Below, piece by piece: positions 61,969 through 64,000 of a stretch of 64,000 nt of DNA. Position 1 is the first letter of the stretch. Each line of letters begins with the position of its first letter. The notes under the pieces were generated by a model, which saw only the letters and a list, made by a program, of their open reading frames with translations, searched no databases and had not been told where the DNA came from. A program made the position numbers and the translations under genes. Location: NCBI GenBank assembly GCA_000165345.1, contig CM000434.1:96001-160000 (forward strand), given 5' to 3'.

Positions 61969-62008
61969 TATCGGTACCTATTATATTACAATATAATAGG
62001 TACCGATA
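61969..62008. promoter_or_regulatory. 18-bp perfect inverted repeat tatcggtacctattatat / atataataggtaccgata separated by 4 bp (taca), 58-97 bp upstream of the snfA-like ATG
   Basis: Arms at 61969-61986 and 61991-62008 are exact reverse complements. Each arm contains a GGTACC core. Sits in the short region between the AMPK-alpha start (61911, minus) and upstream AT-rich DNA. Confidence 0.45.
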
Positions 62009-62567
62009 TTTAATATTCAAATAAATGTAAAGTTTTTCGAATGCTTTTTTTTATGTATCACTCTTCCTTTCTTTATTTCGTTGTGGTTTTTGTTTCTATT
62101 CTTTTATTATTCTTCTTTTATATATATATTAGTATATATAAACAATTTTTACTTGAATATAATTTCTTCATTTCTTATACTTTAATGAAACATTTTGTTT
62201 TATTTAAAAAAAAATAAAATGTTATATTTATATTTATTGAATAATTATTGAAGAAATATTTTTAACTTCAATTTACTTTATCTATTTTAGATTATAATTC
62301 TCATTCTTCTTTAATGTATATCTTCGTAAACTTTAATAAAAGAATTGTTAATTTTATTATATAAATAAATATATTTAATTGGAATATTATTACTTAAATT
62401 TTCTTTTCGCTTTTTTTTCTTTTTTTCTCTCCCCCCCCTTTTTCTTGAATTTCTTAACATGAAATTCGATACCTCTTTTCTTTAAATTAAAAAAAAAAAG
62501 TATTCCCCCTATAATTATTTTTTCGTTACCTTTTTTTAAATAAGGTACCTATATTATCATCCAATTC

Positions 62568-62606
<39 letters not shown>

Positions 62607-62848
62607 CTTTTTTTCAGTATTTAGTATTTAATATGAATAAATTATCAATATTATCCAATTGAAGATAAATATTTTAAAGATATTTATTATATTAATTATT
62701 TAATAAATATATTTAGATAAGGAAAGAAAAGAAAGGATAAATTTACAGGTTGAAATATTTATTTTAACCCGATCTTTTTAAAAATATTCCTTCTTTCTCT
62801 CTTAATTTCCTTATTCTAATCTATTATATTAAATTGATTCCAATAAAA

Positions 62849-64000
62849 ATGGGTACCATTTCATCAATAATTAATTATTTATTACTATTAATAGCCATTT
62901 TGAATATTAAACAAACAGAAAAATTAACTTTAATAAATTCCTCCAATAAAATTATTAACCATATAAACTTATTGAAAAATGATGAAATTTTTGAAGTTTC
63001 TGGTAACTTGACCAATGAAGATGTATATAAATGGGCAACATCTTATCGTGATTATGAACAAGATTCAGAACATGATCATGAAAATGACTATGATGCTGAT
63101 ATTGAAGATAACATTGATGATGATGATGATGATTATGATGATGATGATCATCATCATCATCGTGATCGTATTCATAATAACAAATATGAAGATCATAACC
63201 AGTACCAAAACTCTCTTAGTTTAAATAAATCAAAACTTATATACTCAGACTCCGAATCTTTCCTAATTAACCCAAAATTAAAGAATATTTATGATTTTTC
63301 AAATAATAAACAAATTTATAAAACCATTAATGTATTAAATGTGAATGGAGAAATTATACCATATGATGTTTTTATCACTAATATTACCATACCACTCTTT
63401 GAAGTGAAAAATTCACTTTTTGTATGTAGAATTAGAATTGGTGAACCTGAACAAGAATTTTGGCCTATTATTGATACTGGAAGCAGTAATCTTTGGGTTA
63501 TTGGAGAAGAATGTAACCAATCAAGTTGTCAAAAAGTTAAAAGATATTCGAAATATATTTCAAAATCATTTAAAAGAATTTCCAAATATGATAATATTTC
63601 AGTAATTTTTGGTACTGGTAAAATTTATGGTAAATTAATTCTTGAAACACTTAAATTTGATAATTTCCAACTTAATAAACATGTTATTGGAATTATTGAA
63701 CAAGTGGAAAATACTGAAAATAGCAAAATTGATATATTTGATGCAATCGAACTTGAAGGTGTACTTGGACTTGGATTTACACAAATGTCTTCTTCAAAAA
63801 AACTTCAACTACCTTTAATTGAAAGACTTCAAAGTCAAGGACTTATTCAAAATAATATATTTTCTATATATATTAATGATTATAGAATTAAACCAATTAA
63901 TAATAATGATAAACTTTCAAAACCTTGTGCTATTTTATTACTTGGTGGAATTGATCAAAATCTATTTGAAGAAGAACTTCATATTCTTCCAGTTATTAGA
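62849..64000 (+). CDS. pepsin-family (A1) aspartic protease precursor, 5' complete, runs off the 3' end of the window (at least 384 aa; only the first catalytic Asp motif is inside the window)
   Basis: ATG at 62849. Signal peptide MGTISSIINYLLLLIAILNI. Open frame with no stop to nt 64000, so it is absent from the supplied ORF track. Catalytic motif FWPIIDTGSSNLWVIGEEC (DTGSS) and downstream ...VLGLGF... flap region. Unusual Asp/His-rich propeptide segment (DDDDDDYDDDDHHHHRDR, 63100-63165). Confidence 0.8.
   Translation, partial: MGTISSIINYLLLLIAILNIKQTEKLTLINSSNKIINHINLLKNDEIFEVSGNLTNEDVYKWATSYRDYEQDSEHDHENDYDADIEDNIDDDDDDYDDDDHHHHRDRIHNNKYEDHNQYQNSLSLNKSKLIYSDSESFLINPKLKNIYDFSNNKQIYKTINVLNVNGEIIPYDVFITNITIPLFEVKNSLFVCRIRIGEPEQEFWPIIDTGSSNLWVIGEECNQSSCQKVKRYSKYISKSFKRISKYDNISVIFGTGKIYGKLILETLKFDNFQLNKHVIGIIEQVENTENSKIDIFDAIELEGVLGLGFTQMSSSKKLQLPLIERLQSQGLIQNNIFSIYINDYRIKPINNNDKLSKPCAILLLGGIDQNLFEEELHILPVIR

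Noticed and set aside
63015-63605. ORFs 63015-63224 and 63420-63605 on the plus strand
   Set aside because: Out-of-frame relative to the continuous aspartic protease ORF (62849-64000) that carries the DTGSS motif. Met/Ile-rich artefacts of the GAT/CAT triplet repeat.

Overview
This window reads as nuclear DNA from a dictyostelid social amoeba (Dictyostelium-like), not a prokaryote. Three observations support that: about 80% AT content with Asn/Gln/Ser homopolymer-coding triplet repeats, short AT-rich introns with GTAAGT...AG boundaries, and compact genes on both strands. Scattered N runs mark it as a draft assembly. I found no CRISPR array, operon, tRNA or rRNA gene, or prokaryotic defence or mobile system. 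About 27 protein-coding genes are packed into 64 kb. Those I can name from conserved motifs are: PABPN1-like C-terminus, TFIIH p62, acetyl-CoA transporter SLC33A1-like, ZIP zinc transporter, a giant class-I cNMP phosphodiesterase, SNARE YKT6, a CAMK-like kinase, TRIP13/Pch2, alanyl-tRNA synthetase, ribosomal protein uL14 (RPL23), CPSF2/CPSF100, ATP synthase F1 alpha, CK2 alpha, an SFT2 family protein, an RMC1/Mic1-like protein, AMPK/SNF1 alpha, a pepsin-type aspartic protease, and a PP2C-like protein. The main items worth a second look follow. (1) A GCN2-family gene, with RWD, GCN2-type kinase, HisRS-like and C-terminal domains, whose kinase catalytic residues are all substituted and whose reading frame is broken by a single in-frame TAA. 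(2) A nuclear, intron-containing, N-terminally extended ATP synthase F1 alpha gene; atp1 is normally mitochondrially encoded in dictyostelids. (3) A strongly over-represented GC palindrome, ATACCGGTAT, confined almost entirely to intergenic regions, plus GGTACC-containing inverted repeats upstream of the AMPK-alpha and ATP-synthase-alpha genes. (4) Several gene-model corrections: frameshifts in homopolymers, missed upstream exons, and an open ORF absent from the supplied ORF track.
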